Positions 1-12,916 are shown, numbered from the stretch's first letter. The stretch: 64,000 nt of DNA from Octopus sinensis (GCF_006345805.1 NC_042998.1:149296001-149360000); one strand, 5' to 3'. Notes: generated from the letters alone by a model not told the origin. Translations and numbers: made by a program.

Positions 1-200
1 TGTATATGTATATGTGTATATATATGTATATGTACATATATATATGTATGAATGTATAAATATATATATATATGTTGTGTGTGTATGCGTGTGTGTGTGG
101 ATGTATATTTGTATGCGTATATGTATATGAATTGTATTTATATATGAACAAATGTATATGTATATATTTAAATATATGTGTATGTGTGTGTGTGTGTAAA
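1..200. repeat. (TA)n/(TG)n compound microsatellite
   Basis: Directly visible dinucleotide repeats. Confidence 0.95.
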
Positions 201-560
201 CGGGAAATATGAAGGAGTGGAATGTGACGGTGTTGATGGGTATTGGCAGATAACCGTATAGAAAAGTTACTAGCTTGACTTATTCAGAGGTAGATATTCG
301 GCCGTATACCTATACGGTTAAATAGCCTGGCAGATAGTGAGGACTGACTGTAATTAAAAAGAAGATATGAGTAGGAAACCGTAGATAAAGTAAAACGTTA
401 AAAGATCAAAGACAAGAAAACTACATCAGGACTTTAACACCATTCTGTACGTCGTCAGACCAACAGATAAATAGGAGTAGATGGCGCTGTTAAGCTTTTT
501 CTTCGAAATGGTTTTCACAAAATGCGGACAAAGAGAAAAAAATTTGATTTCTGCTACATT

Positions 561-603
<43 letters not shown>

Positions 604-869
604 GGGGGTTGAAGAGGAGAGATACAGGGTGTCCAGGCGTTATCATTACAATTTAAAAAATCCAGAACAAAATGAATAATAAGGATAACGCAGCAGAATT
701 TATTGGCAAAAAGTAAGCAAACAAATGAAGTTTTATTCGAAACATCAGAACATTTCCACCTGGGCTCCACTTGGTGCACACAACCCACCTAGACAATAAA
801 TTATGGAAGTTGTAAAGATAATATATATGTATGCGAATCTGTGTGACAGTGCGTGTATGCATGCGTATA

Positions 870-929
870 TATTTATATGTACATGTACATGTATATATAT
901 GTATATTTATATATATATGTATGTATATA

Positions 930-1010
<81 letters not shown>
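870..1010. repeat. (TA)n microsatellite
   Basis: Directly visible; source of the YI-repeat pseudo-ORFs. Confidence 0.95.
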
Positions 1011-1244
1011 GCCGTTCCGTGAAGGTAAGATCAACAAAAATATACTCCATCTGGTAAGAGATTATTTAATATTATTTAATGAATAGTGTATATCTATGTG
1101 TATGTGTGTGTCTTTATGAGTATGTCTATGTGTGTGTCCTGTGTGTGTGTTCTGTGTGTGTCTGTGTATGTATGTTTGTATATGCATATACATATATAGA
1201 GATAAAAAATTTTGGGTAGTGCATAGAATAGTATAATGGTAGTA

Positions 1245-1268
1245 ATAATAATAATAATAGCTACTACT

Positions 1269-1308
<40 letters not shown>

Positions 1309-1333
1309 CTACAACTACAAATACAACAACAAC

Positions 1334-1374
<41 letters not shown>

Positions 1375-1389
1375 AATAATAATAATATA

Positions 1390-1427
<38 letters not shown>
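1245..1427. repeat. (AAC)n/(AAT)n microsatellite
   Basis: Directly visible. Confidence 0.95.
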
Positions 1428-1600
1428 TTCCTTCCTACTAGGCGCAAGGCCTGAAATTTGAGGGAGGGGTAAACTCAATTACATCGACCCCATGGCTCAA
1501 CTGGTACTCGTTTTGTCGGCCCTGAAAGGATGAAAGCCAAAGTTGACCTCTGCAGAATTTGAACATTGCAAAGAATTTTGCTCCGCGTGCTAATCGCTGG
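1428..1600 (-). mobile_element. tRNA-derived SINE family B (Nin/Deu-like central domain)
   Basis: Minus strand carries a variant of GTCGACTTTGCCTTTCATCCTTTCGGGGTCGATAAAATAAGTACCAG, resembling the Nin/Deu SINE domain; about 12 copies in the window. Confidence 0.75.
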
Positions 1601-1737
1601 AATAATAATAATAATGATAATAATAATAATAATAATAAATAATAATAATAATAATAATAATAAATAATAATAAATAATAATAATAATGATAATAATGAAT
1701 AATAATAATATAATAATAATATAATATAATAATAATA

Positions 1738-2225
1738 ATGTACATTGTTTTGTCTGGTATAAAAGATGAGCTACAGCAAATATTCTGCTCAATACCACAG
1801 ATTTGGTTGTCAGTTGTTTGAACTTAACCAGTTGAGCATGTCCCTTAGTGGCTGATAATATGTGCGTCTCTGATCATGAGCAGGAGTAGTGGGGGAGTAT
1901 TATAACCGTGTGTTGAGAGGGATTCTTTCAGGTTTGAATAATCCATCTCTGGAAACATGTTTGTTTCGTTCAACATTCTTAAAGAATCCTTATTCAGGGA
2001 CCTTTTGAGCGGGATGGTCTACTCGACCAGAAGAAAATTCTAACTGCACCCCACCTGCAAGGTCATGTGCTGTTTATCTTGATATGAGATCACCATGTCG
2101 AGCACATATGGTTGTGATGCATCTGCTTAGTGTATCCTTATCATACAGGTAGTCATGATGGGTATATTGGGCTTCGTATATTTTACCCCAGTGTCACTTT
2201 GATGGCATGAACTGCTCTCTCACTC

Positions 2226-2226
<1 letters not shown>
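1738..2226 (+). mobile_element. (AAT)n-embedded non-autonomous retroposon family X, 5'-truncated copy
   Basis: Matches copies at 3202, 4570 and 45655(-); ends CTGCTCTCTCACTC followed by (AAT)n. Confidence 0.8.
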
Positions 2227-2288
<62 letters not shown>

Positions 2289-2289
2289 T

Positions 2290-2470
2290 TCTACTGGAGG
2301 AACAAGGCCTCAAACCTGTGGAGAAGGGACTAGTCGATTATATCGATCCCGAAAGGATGAAAGGCAACGTCGACCTCGGCGGAATTTGAACTCATAACGG
2401 AACTTAAAGATGGACGAAATACTGCTAAGCATTTTGTCGAGTCTGCTAACGATTCTGATAGCTCGCCGCC
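2290..2470 (-). mobile_element. SINE family B copy
   Basis: GGATGAAAGGCAACGTCGACCTCGGCGGAATTTGAACTC motif (reverse of domain plus B box). Confidence 0.75.
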
Positions 2471-2495
2471 TTAATAATAATAATAACAACATCAA

Positions 2496-2627
2496 TACTG
2501 GTAAATCGTATGAATATGAACCTCGTAAAGTACTAAAAAGCAAGAAATATAAGATGTTGTGGGACTTCAATATTCAGACTGACAGAGTAATAAAAGCTAG
2601 AAGGCCTGATTTGGTAGTAGTAGTAGT

Positions 2628-2685
<58 letters not shown>

Positions 2686-3040
2686 ATAAGAGAATAGAAA
2701 ATGTCAGATAATTGACTTTACAGTCCCAAATGATGAAAAAGTTAATATGAGAAGTATAGAAAAAATAGTAAAGTACCAGGATCTAGCTACTGAATTACAG
2801 AGACTATGGAAAGTGCGGGTAAAATGTATCCCAGTATTTATAAGTGCATTGGGAACTATCCGTAAGGATCTGAACAGATGGATAGAGGAAATAGGCATAA
2901 AACCCAGTTAAGTACAGCTCCAGAAAATAGTGTTATTAGGGACAGCTAGGATACTTAGGAGTCTTCTTGGCTTCTAAGGTTACTTGTTGTAACACTATGT
3001 TAGGATTCTTTTCTTTTCCAACAGTCTAATCTGGTGATTG
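2496..3040 (+). mobile_element. R4/Dong-clade non-LTR retrotransposon 3' fragment (restriction-like endonuclease), frameshifted
   Basis: Translates LWDFNIQTD..RRPDLVV..DK...IIDFTVP.D...EK.VKYQDL..EL.RLW...LGTI..QK.VLLGTARILR (PD-D-xxK RLE motif); (TAA)n tail. Confidence 0.85.
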
Positions 3041-3117
<77 letters not shown>

Positions 3118-3126
3118 TAATAATAA

Positions 3127-3201
<75 letters not shown>

Positions 3202-3205
<4 letters not shown>

Positions 3206-3689
3206 TACATTGTTTTGTCTTGGTATAAAAGATGAGCTACAGCAAATATTCTGCTCAATACCACAGATTTGGTTGTCAGTTGTTTGAACTTAACCAGTTG
3301 AGCATGTCCCTTAGTGGCTGATAATATGTGCGTCTCTGATCATGAGCAGGAGTAGTGGGGGAGTATTATAACCGTGTGTTGAGAGGGATTCTTTCAGGTT
3401 TGAATAATCCATCTCTGGAAACATGTTTGTTTCGTTCAACATTCTTAAAGAATCCTTATTCAGGGACCTTTTGAGCGGGATGGTCTACTCGACCAGAAGA
3501 AAATTCTAACTGCACCCCACCTGCAAGGTCATGTGCTGTTTATCTTGATATGAGATCACCATGTCGAGCACATATGGTTGTGATGCATCTGCTTAGTGTA
3601 TCCTTATCATACAGGTAGTCATGATGGGTATATTGGGCTTCGTATATTTTACCCCAGTGTCACTTTGATGGCATGAACTGCTCTCTCAC
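3202..3689 (+). mobile_element. Family X copy (second duplication unit)
   Basis: Essentially identical to 1738-2226. Confidence 0.8.
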
Positions 3690-3691
3690 TC

Positions 3692-3751
<60 letters not shown>

Positions 3752-3933
3752 TTCTACTGGAGGAACAAGGCCTCAAACCTGTGGAGAAGGGACTAGTCGA
3801 TTATATCGATCCCGAAAGGATGAAAGGCAACGTCGACCTCGGCGGAATTTGAACTCATAACGGAACTTAAAGATGGACGAAATACTGCTAAGCATTTTGT
3901 CGAGTCTGCTAACGATTCTGATAGCTCGCCGCC
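3752..3933 (-). mobile_element. SINE family B copy (second duplication unit)
   Basis: Identical to 2290-2470. Confidence 0.75.
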
Positions 3934-3958
3934 TTAATAATAATAATAACAACATCAA

Positions 3959-4076
3959 TACTGGTAAATCGTATGAATATGAACCTCGTAAAGTACTAAA
4001 AAGCAAGAAATATAAGATGTTGTGGGACTTCAATATTCAGACTGACAGAGTAATAAAAGCTAGAAGGCCTGATTTG

Positions 4077-4146
<70 letters not shown>

Positions 4147-4502
4147 ATAAAGAGAATAGAAAATGTCAGATAATTGACTTTACAGTCCCAAATGATGAAA
4201 AAGTTAATATGAGAAGTATAGAAAAAATAGTAAAGTACCAGGATCTAGCTACTGAATTACAGAGACTATGGAAAGTGCGGGTAAAATGTATCCCAGTATT
4301 TATAAGTGCATTGGGAACTATCCGTAAGGATCTGAACAGATGGATAGAGGAAATAGGCATAAAACCCAGTTAAGTACAGCTCCAGAAAATAGTGTTATTA
4401 GGGACAGCTAGGATACTTAGGAGTCTTCTTGGCTTCTAAGGTTACTTGTTGTAACACTATGTTAGGATTCTTTTCTTTTCCAACAGTCTAATCTGGTGAT
4501 TG

Positions 4503-4503
<1 letters not shown>
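3959..4503 (+). mobile_element. R4/Dong-clade RLE 3' fragment with in-frame (GTA)23 expansion
   Basis: ORF 3873-4373 contains RPDL(V)23DKENRKCQIIDFTVPNDEK...KYQDL; one premature stop; (TAA)n tail. Confidence 0.85.
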
Positions 4504-4537
<34 letters not shown>

Positions 4538-4569
4538 TAATAATAATAATAATAATAATGATAATAAAT

Positions 4570-5121
4570 ACCCTGATGCAGTACCAGGCAGTGGCTCTCA
4601 TGGCTTCTGATCATAACTGATTGGAAGTGTTATCATGTACATTGTTTTGTCTTGGTATAAAAGATGGGCTACAGCAAATATTCTGCTCAATGCCACAGAT
4701 TTGCTTGTCAGTTGTTTGACCTTAACCAGTTGAGCATGTCCCTTAGTGGCTGACGATATGTGCATCTCTGATCACGAGCAGAAGTAGTGGGGGAGCATCA
4801 TACCCGTGTGTTGAGAGGGATTCTTTGGGGTTTGAATAATTCACCTCTGGAAACATGGGTGGTTCTTTCAACATCCTTAAACAATCCTTATTCAGGGACT
4901 TTTTTGAGCGGGATGGGCTACTCAACCAGAAAATTCTAACTGGGCCCCACCTGCAAGGTCATGTGCTGTTTATCTTTTTATGAGATCACCATGTCGCACA
5001 CATATGGTTGTGATGCATGTGTCTGGTGTACCCTTATCAGACGGGTAGTCATGATGGGTATATTGGGCTTCGTATATTTTACCCCAGTGTCACTTTGATG
5101 GCATGAACTGCTCTCTCACTC
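4570..5121 (+). mobile_element. Family X apparently full-length copy
   Basis: Starts CCCTGATGCAGTACCAGGCAGTGGC as at 5516 and 46210(-); flanked by (AAT)n on both sides. Confidence 0.8.
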
Positions 5122-5200
5122 AATAATAGTAATAATAATAATAATAATAATAATGATAATAATGAAAATGATAATAATAATGATGATGATGATGATTATA

Positions 5201-5232
<32 letters not shown>

Positions 5233-5260
5233 AATAATGATAATAATAATAATAATAATG

Positions 5261-5308
<48 letters not shown>

Positions 5309-5326
5309 TGATAATAATAATAATAA

Positions 5327-5357
<31 letters not shown>

Positions 5358-5436
5358 TATGATAATAATAATAATGATGATGATGATGATGATGATAATG
5401 ATGATGATGATGATGGTGATGGTGATGGTGATGGTG

Positions 5437-5506
<70 letters not shown>

Positions 5507-5515
5507 CGATGATGA
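5122..5515. repeat. (AAT)n/(GAT)n microsatellite
   Basis: Directly visible. Confidence 0.95.
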
Positions 5516-5607
5516 TGCCCTGATGCAGTACCAGACAGTGGCTCTCATGGCTCCTGATCTTAACTGATTGGACGTGTTATCATGTACATTGTTTTGTCTT
5601 GGTATAA
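5516..5607 (+). mobile_element. Family X 5' portion only
   Basis: Matches 4570-4660 then breaks into (AAT)n. Confidence 0.75.
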
Positions 5608-5656
5608 AATAATAATAATATTAATAATAATAATAATAATAATAGTAATAGTAATA

Positions 5657-5687
<31 letters not shown>

Positions 5688-5781
5688 TTGGCATACCAAT
5701 GTATACTATGAGTTTCTCTGCCCTAGGAGTCGGGAAGACACTCGGCAAGAAATGGAAGCAAATTTGAAAGAAGAAAAAAAA

Positions 5782-5834
<53 letters not shown>

Positions 5835-5857
5835 CAACAACAACAACAACAACAATG

Positions 5858-5924
<67 letters not shown>

Positions 5925-5944
5925 TAATAATAATAATAATAATA

Positions 5945-6100
5945 ATGGAGCAAATAGGGGCTACAATAAGGGTGGAGCACTTGCAGAAAACTGTGGATTG
6001 TGCTCGAAAAATAAGGTGTGTTACCTTAGTTCAGTGTAGTGAACAGCTGGCACGGTAGAACACCTCCAGCGTTAGAAGTTGTGCAAAGACACTAAATAAT
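5945..6100 (+). mobile_element. Second R4/Dong-type 3' end fragment
   Basis: EQIGATIRVEHLQKT matches the R4 C-terminal ...IQKTxLLGTARILR region; between (AAT)n tracts. Confidence 0.55.
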
Positions 6101-6557
6101 AAAAATAATAATTAGTGAGAAGGTTTGAAAAACTACTACTGTACTCTCTGGGTAGAAGACGTGTGAGATATCTGGATATATCCTATCTTTACGTGAATTT
6201 GAAGGTCATAATTTCTATAAGTTGATATCATCATATATAGTTGAAGGCATTCTGTTGCTTTTACTATTTTCTGTGATAATTTGTTTAACTCTGCATTGAT
6301 ATGTACAGATTTTCTGGTTTTAGCACAGTGATTTTGAGTACTTGCTGATTCCTATACTTAATTAACTTGCTCTGAGTTCACTTTTTCGAATTTTGAGCAT
6401 CAAGGCTTTTCCCTCCATTTTGCGAAGTTCTTCATCGAATCAATCTTTTTTTTAACAATTTTATTTATTTACTTTCTTTTGTATTGTTATTGTTTCCTGC
6501 CCCCAAAATACATCTTTGTTTTCCTTTTTGTGTTATTTTATTAATATATTCTACAGT

Positions 6558-6680
6558 AGGCGCAGGCGTGGCTGAGTGGTAAGAAGCGTGCTTTCCAGTC
6601 TTATGGTTCCGGGTTCAGTTCCACTGCATTGAACCTTGGGTAAGTATCTTCTACGATAGCCTCGGGCTGACCAAGGCTTT
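6558..6680 (+). mobile_element. tRNA-derived SINE family A (CORE-like), 5' part
   Basis: A box GTGGCTGAGTGG, B box GGGTTCAGTTCC, then ACCTTGGGTAAGT resembling the CORE domain start. Confidence 0.75.
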
Positions 6681-7699
6681 GCGTGCGTGCGTGTGCGTGT
6701 GCATAATTTTCAAGTTTTGCCTTGAGTTTTTATACCAATACAGTATCTTATAGTTAAAAAAAGTTGAAACATTTTTCTTGTTTCTATTAATCCCTTTAAT
6801 TCACACAAACCTTCTGATTAATTGTGATGGCTAGTGTATTTATATCTAATAACACATTTCTGATTTAATATTCGTCTGACTTCAATCTATTATTCTACTC
6901 TTACATGTTCTTCTCCATTCCTTTGTGTTGTATCAACCTCATCTACTCTTGAATATTTCTATAGGTGTCTCTCCTTAGAATTCTCTGATTTGTGTATCTT
7001 AATAATTTGAATTTTAATTAATTTTCCTCTTCGTATATTAGCTTCAACATATTTCTTTGACTCCGTAGTTATTTTGATAGAAATGTTAAATTCTTGAATA
7101 ATTTTGTAGAGGTTCTTTTGCTGGATATTCATTCTTTTCCAACGTTTTTAATCATTTACGATGAAGAAAATATTTTTGAGTTGGTCCTTATTGATTCCTC
7201 AGCTTCAAAATTAGGACCAGATTAAAATATTTTGAGGTTAAGAAGCCTCGCTCAAAGTGCTTTAATTGGGGATCGGACAAGCTTATATTATCTTTCGTTA
7301 TCTTTCAGTGTTATTGATGTTTTCAATATTGTCGTAGTATGGCTGATAATTTAACATTTTAGTCCTGCTGCTACTCTGGAGAAGCATCAAAGCCATGTTT
7401 TGAGAGGGATTCTTTGGAGTTTGAATAAATGTAACAAAAGCAAAGTGCGGTTGCTACAGCTTCAAGTCTAATGATTACTTTCTCTTGCTAGAATTCCAGA
7501 TTCAGGAAATCCTCCAGATGTGGGCCGATTCCCGACTAGTTTTGTCGAACAATCACGGATTATTATATTTCTCTTTCTGACGTCGATTATTTTCGATATT
7601 TTTTACTGATGGGATTTGATTTACATATATTGATCTTTTTTCTGTTATAGGTGGGACATATGTAACCTGTCCAAAAGAGTACAGTGAAGTGGGAGTGGA

Positions 7700-8085
7700 A
7701 AACTGGAGCACCACCTTAAAGTCGAAGAAATTGCCCCCCCTCCCAAAGTTTTATTCTTTGTAAGTCTAGTACTTATTGTATCGATCGCTTTTGCCGAACC
7801 GGTAAGTTACGGGGACTTAAACACCCCAATATCGGTTGTCAAGCGATGGTAAGGGGACAAACGCTGACCCAAAGACACACTCATAAATGTATATGTGTGT
7901 GTGTGCGTCTATATATATATATATATATATACGACGGGCTTCTTATAGTTTCTAACAACCAAATCCACTGACAAGGCTTTAGCCGGACCGAGGCTATAGA
8001 AGAAGACACTTGCCTAAGGTTCCACGGAGTGAGACTGAACTCGGAACGGTGTGATTGGGAAGCAAGCGTCTTACCACACAACCAC
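7700..8085 (-). mobile_element. SINE family A full copy with internal (TA)n
   Basis: Matches 60601-61045 in reverse. Confidence 0.8.
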
Positions 8086-8825
8086 AAATGGGATCTAAAC
8101 TCAATCAACAATGATAGCCGATAGAAATGGGTTTTGTTAGTTTTTTTTTCCATTATATAGAGAGAGGTTGAGGGAGAGAGAGAGAGAGAGTTAACATATG
8201 TCGATAGAGAGAACGCTGATATTTACAGGCAGTGGCAGGAGGATGGTGGAGATGAGAGAAGCTTCGTAGTCTACAGACGCTAAATGCATGGCACACAAAC
8301 AAGTACGGTTTAACTAGTAAAATAAACTCAGGAGTTCGTTGGAGATAAAGAAACAGTATGTCTACATAGCCACATATGTGCGTGCGTATTTGTGTGCGCA
8401 TGTAATTTTAACTGTAACTGATTATCCACGGTAATAAGACGTTACTCCTGAAGTTACACGTCATATAACGAGTAATACCCTAGTATATACACACACACAA
8501 ATATAATATATAATTAACAGAAGGATACAGTGAAGTAGGAGTGGAAAACTTAACGTTTCGGACAAAGTCCTTCTTCAAGGAAAATGTGATAGGAGAATAG
8601 TTAATAAGAAACAGTACATCCTATTAGAATTTATCTGTCAAACTGTGTGTGCATCAACACTAGAGGTAGGCCTCAATATCGTTAGAAATAGTGAACTAAA
8701 TTTATTAATTAATGCACCATGGAACGTTTACATTCAGAACCCTGAGATTTTCATTTGCAAGGCTCGGATAAGTCGCTATCAAGGAACTCAGGGTTTTGCA
8801 TGTAAACGTTCAATTCTTGTGTTAT

Positions 8826-8882
<57 letters not shown>

Positions 8883-8939
8883 CAAATACATACGCGCATA
8901 CATGCATATACGTATAAAATCAGATATATAAAAAAAGAG

Positions 8940-9265
8940 CCCCTTCCGTCATGAATGACCATGGGATTGCACCTAGAAACTTAACTCCCAAGGCACAAAT
9001 CTGGGCAAGGTTTTTGGGAAGACCAGCCGTTGCCCAAACATACTAGTCTCCTCTCGCCACGCCACCAATGTTATCCAAGGGAAAGGCAAAGGCTGACACA
9101 CCTTGGTACCAGTGACATCGCATCTCATTTATTAAGCTGAGTGACCTGGAGCAACATGAAATAGTGTCTTGCTCAAAAACGCAACATACAGCCCGGTCCC
9201 GGAATCAAACTCGCCATCTCATGATCGTGAGCGCGATACTCTAAGCACTGAGTCATGCACCTTCA
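8940..9265 (-). mobile_element. tRNA-derived SINE family C
   Basis: Minus strand: GACTCAGTGCTTAG...GAGTTTGATTCC head, then TTGAGCAAGACAC; similar to 25880, 30385, 58270. Confidence 0.65.
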
Positions 9266-9797
9266 CTATCGACTATATAAAAACGCATATACATGCATAT
9301 ATAAAACGTCTATTTTCTATATGCTATTTTGGGCTTAAATATTCCTATAGCAGAAGTTTTGCAGAAGTACTCAGTCCCCTTTGAGACTACTGCAGCTCCA
9401 TAAATTAATTTATTTCTCCTGGTGGCATCGCTACTCCCATCTGTTTCCACAAACTCTATCACCGCCCACTTTATATTATTTTATCGGTATTTTTTATTTA
9501 TTGTTGGCTGAGGTGGGATGAGAGGGTAACAGTCTTCTCTTTAATCTGCCGGAAGATCTTTTATTCTTTAGACATTTCTATCTTGAGATTATTATCAAAT
9601 ACAAAATGACCAGTTTTAGAACTTTATGCTCTTAGATCTTTCTCATGTTTCATGTTTATAAGTATGTGTGTGTGTGTATGTGTGTCTGTACGTACGTACG
9701 TACGTATGTATGTATGTATTCATGGATGGTTGTATAAATGTGTATGCATACATATATGTTTGTACGTTTGAATGTATGCATTTATAAATCTGTGTGA

Positions 9798-9847
<50 letters not shown>

Positions 9848-10439
9848 GCGTGTGTGTGTGTAGAAACATTCGTACGTTCTTATTACATACTTGAATATAC
9901 ATGCATATATATGTATATATGATATGTGTGTGTATGTGTGTGTGTGTGGGGAGGGGCGTGTATACACGCGTGTACATGTTTTAGCCTGTGTTGGTCACTA
10001 TCGGTGCTGGAAGAACGTTGATTAAAATAAGAATATTCTGAGTTCAAATGTCGCTGTAATCGATTCTAATTTTCAATCAATCATGGGATAATAAATAAAT
10101 AAATAAATAACAGTAATATATTAGGGTCGATGCAAATGCTAATTTCTATCACTCGAAATCGTTTAGGGAGTTATGGTAAATCATGTTTGGCGCCATAAGT
10201 ACCATTTTGGAAGATTACTTTGGGGAATAGAACCCCGTAGTCAGCATTTATTGGGTAAGAGTATCGATTTCTTGGTGATTGTTTATCACGTGTTGAATGA
10301 GGGATTATAGAATGCTGGGTGACAGAAATGGGGTATCGCTTGTTGGGTGATGAGTAAGGTTTGCTAGTTTTAATCATTTGTTCCGTCTTTATATCCTTAT
10401 TGATAGACAAGGAAAGTGTTTCTCTACAAAATCTGATTC

Positions 10440-10760
10440 TCTCAATAAATAAAAGAGTGGTGCCTTAAGCAAATGTCTTCTACGATTGCCGTGGGTCGAC
10501 CAAAGTCTTGGCAGAAAAACTGAAGGAAGCGCGTTGTATATATGTATATATCCATTTGTGTGCATGTATTTGTGTATGCGTATGTCCACCACCTCCGCTT
10601 AACAGACGGCGTTGGTTTGTCAACGTCCCCGTAACTTAGCGGCTAGAATAGATAACAGAGTTAAAGAAATAAGTACTAAGGTCCATTCATTCGACTAAAT
10701 CCTTGAAGGCGGTGCCTCACCATGGCCGCAGTCCAGCCACTGAAGCAAGTAAGCGATAAA
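10440..10760 (+). mobile_element. SINE family A, diverged
   Basis: ACGTCCCCGTAACTTAGCGG and CATGGCCGCAGTC family motifs. Confidence 0.7.
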
Positions 10761-10904
10761 ACAATAACATGCTCGTGATCTACAATAGATTCCCAGAACA
10801 ATGTTTAGAGCTGAGGAGATTATTAGTACTGATGTCGCTCTCTGTCTTCTCAGTGACAGTATATTGATGTCATATTTCGGAAGAAGGGCAGCAATTTCGG
10901 AAAG

Positions 10905-11270
10905 AGGGATAAGTCGATTACATCAACCCTAATGTTCAATAGGTACTTATTTTACCGATACTTAAAAACTTTAAAAGCAAAGTCGTCCCTGGCGGCATTT
11001 GAACTTGGAACGTAAAGTCAGAAGTAATGCTACTAAGCATTTTTCCAGGAGTGATAACGATACTTTGTATTATAAGCACAAGGCCTCAAATTTTGGGGGA
11101 AGGGGCCAGTCAATTTGATCGACCCCAGTACGCAACTGGTACTTAATTCATCGATCCCGAAAGGATGAAAAGCAAAGTCACCCTCGACGGAATTTGAACT
11201 CAGAACATAGCGACGGGCGAAATACCTCTTCGCCCAGTGCATTAACGTTTCTGCCAGCTCACCGCTTTAC
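10905..11270 (-). mobile_element. Two adjacent SINE family B copies (10905-11060, 11070-11270)
   Basis: Two GCAAAGTC...TTTGAACT domain and B-box blocks. Confidence 0.7.
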
Positions 11271-11736
11271 TTGATAGTATTAATATTAAGAAGAGGACAT
11301 TCATATCAATATTTAGTTCTTATATAAGTTTCACCGTTAGTTCTGGGTACCAGGATGCAATAAAGTTTCCCCTGATGATTTATTGCGGTTTGACATCCAC
11401 ATACATTTAGAACAACGAATACAGAATTTCCAAATAGCTACAGTGGTATAACGTACGTAAGATGACATACTTGTAGATATTGTTTAGCTCCAGGGCATCT
11501 TTAATACCAGAAGGTTTCTGATCAAAGACATTCCGGTCGTGACGAAACATTTTCAATGTGCAAGTAATTCAAGACTTCATTATCTAGAGTATTATTATGT
11601 AAGAGGGTATTGATGTAATTTGAGGGAGGTTTCGCTGCTATGTGGATGCTGTCTGTCTGTCTGTCTCTGTCTGTGTCTATCTCTCTTGGTTCCTATACCT
11701 AGAGTATTTTGGAATGGTGTAAGTATTATATATATA

Positions 11737-11770
<34 letters not shown>

Positions 11771-11929
11771 CTTTGGGGTATGATTTCAATTCGTTAGTTG
11801 AGTTGTCCATCGTGTTCTTCAGCAAGACACTTCATTTCGCGTTTCTTTAATGTATTCATCTCACACGCACTATTAATGGTTACTACTTCTAATACAGGTT
11901 TCTCTCCTCTTTCCCCTCCTTCTCCTTCT

Positions 11930-11970
<41 letters not shown>

Positions 11971-12299
11971 ACACACCAACCTCCTTCTCTTCCCTTGGCA
12001 CCATCTTAATGTTCCACTAGATCAGGTGTAAAGGGGACTGAAAGGCCTTCTATGAATGCTCGCCATTACATTCATTGAACCAATTAGTAAAAGCATCGTT
12101 AGTGCCCCAAAGTTCTACTCGCTCACGCGTGACGATAGGTTGTATTGTACTATTTACATTTTCACGATTTTGTTATTATTGTTGTTGTTGAGACATATAT
12201 ATGTATGTGTGTATGTGTATGTATGTATATATGTATGTTATGTGTGACTGTGTGTGTGTGTGTATGTGTGCGTGTGTGGTGTGTGCGTGCGTGTGTGTG

Positions 12300-12900
12300 A
12301 GATGTCAACAGTTCACAAATATATCTATCCTCATGGGTTTTGAGGATTGAAAGTGCAGTGGAGTGCGGGTATATTTTGAGAATGTGCACCTTCAGGTCTT
12401 CCTCAAATTTACACTCGCTTCATGTGAAATGCTCAGCAAGTTCCGTTGACCCACTGATATTGTGCCTGACGTCGTACCTATGTCCGATAAATCGTTTTTT
12501 GTAATCGTTCTGTTGTGTAACCAACATAAATCATTTTGTGTTTGTTGCATTCTGCTGCATACGCGAAATAGGAATCTTTACAGACAGGTCCCTCCTTCTG
12601 TGTTAATCATAACATTTCTGTTAGAATTCTTGATGGAATTGGTCTGACTCATGTTTTTGCACAACGAACAGGGCTTACCTCTCTTATGAGTGTTTTTGTG
12701 GATACACCGTTCAGAAACTCCAATGGAGTTTTTCTTCTTGGTCAATATTTTTCTAATATTTCTATCACGTCTAAAGGTTACAATAGGCGGAAGAGGAAAT
12801 ATATGCCGGAAATGAGGATACTTTTCTGAAATATGATGGTAACTGTCATGCATCAATTTTGAAATGCCAGCGAAACTTCTGTGTTACCTTCGTGAAGAGT
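12300..12900 (-). pseudogene. Penelope-like element relic: linker + GIY-YIG endonuclease
   Basis: FPLPPIVTFRRDRNIRKIL...PCSLC...GGTC, then after frameshifts YAAEC..IYVGYT..RFIGHRYD..ELAEHF..FEEDLKVHIL..EDRYICEL. Confidence 0.8.
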
Positions 12901-12916
12901 AACTTCAATCTTGAAA

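Larger units (their letters stand above)
1720..4540 (+). repeat. Near-identical tandem duplication, unit ~1463 bp (X + SINE B + R4 fragment)
   Basis: ORFs repeat at an offset of 1463 (2310/3773, 2410/3873); differences seen are one homopolymer indel and microsatellite lengths. Confidence 0.9.

Noticed and set aside
4570-4720. HDV-like ribozyme at the 5' end of family X
   Set aside because: By eye only a 9-bp hairpin (CTTCTGATC/GATTGGAAG) is evident; no P1/P3/L3 nested pseudoknot could be assigned. Needs a covariance search.
6130-7300. Old LINE ORF2 remnant on the minus strand
   Set aside because: Isolated D*FDEELRK and LRLIQH hints only; too decayed to call.
8723-8810. 25-bp imperfect inverted repeat
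   Set aside because: Short, with no TSD and no second copy in the window.
11340-11600. Possible exons on either strand
   Set aside because: Open stretches lack a matching acceptor and donor pair in frame.
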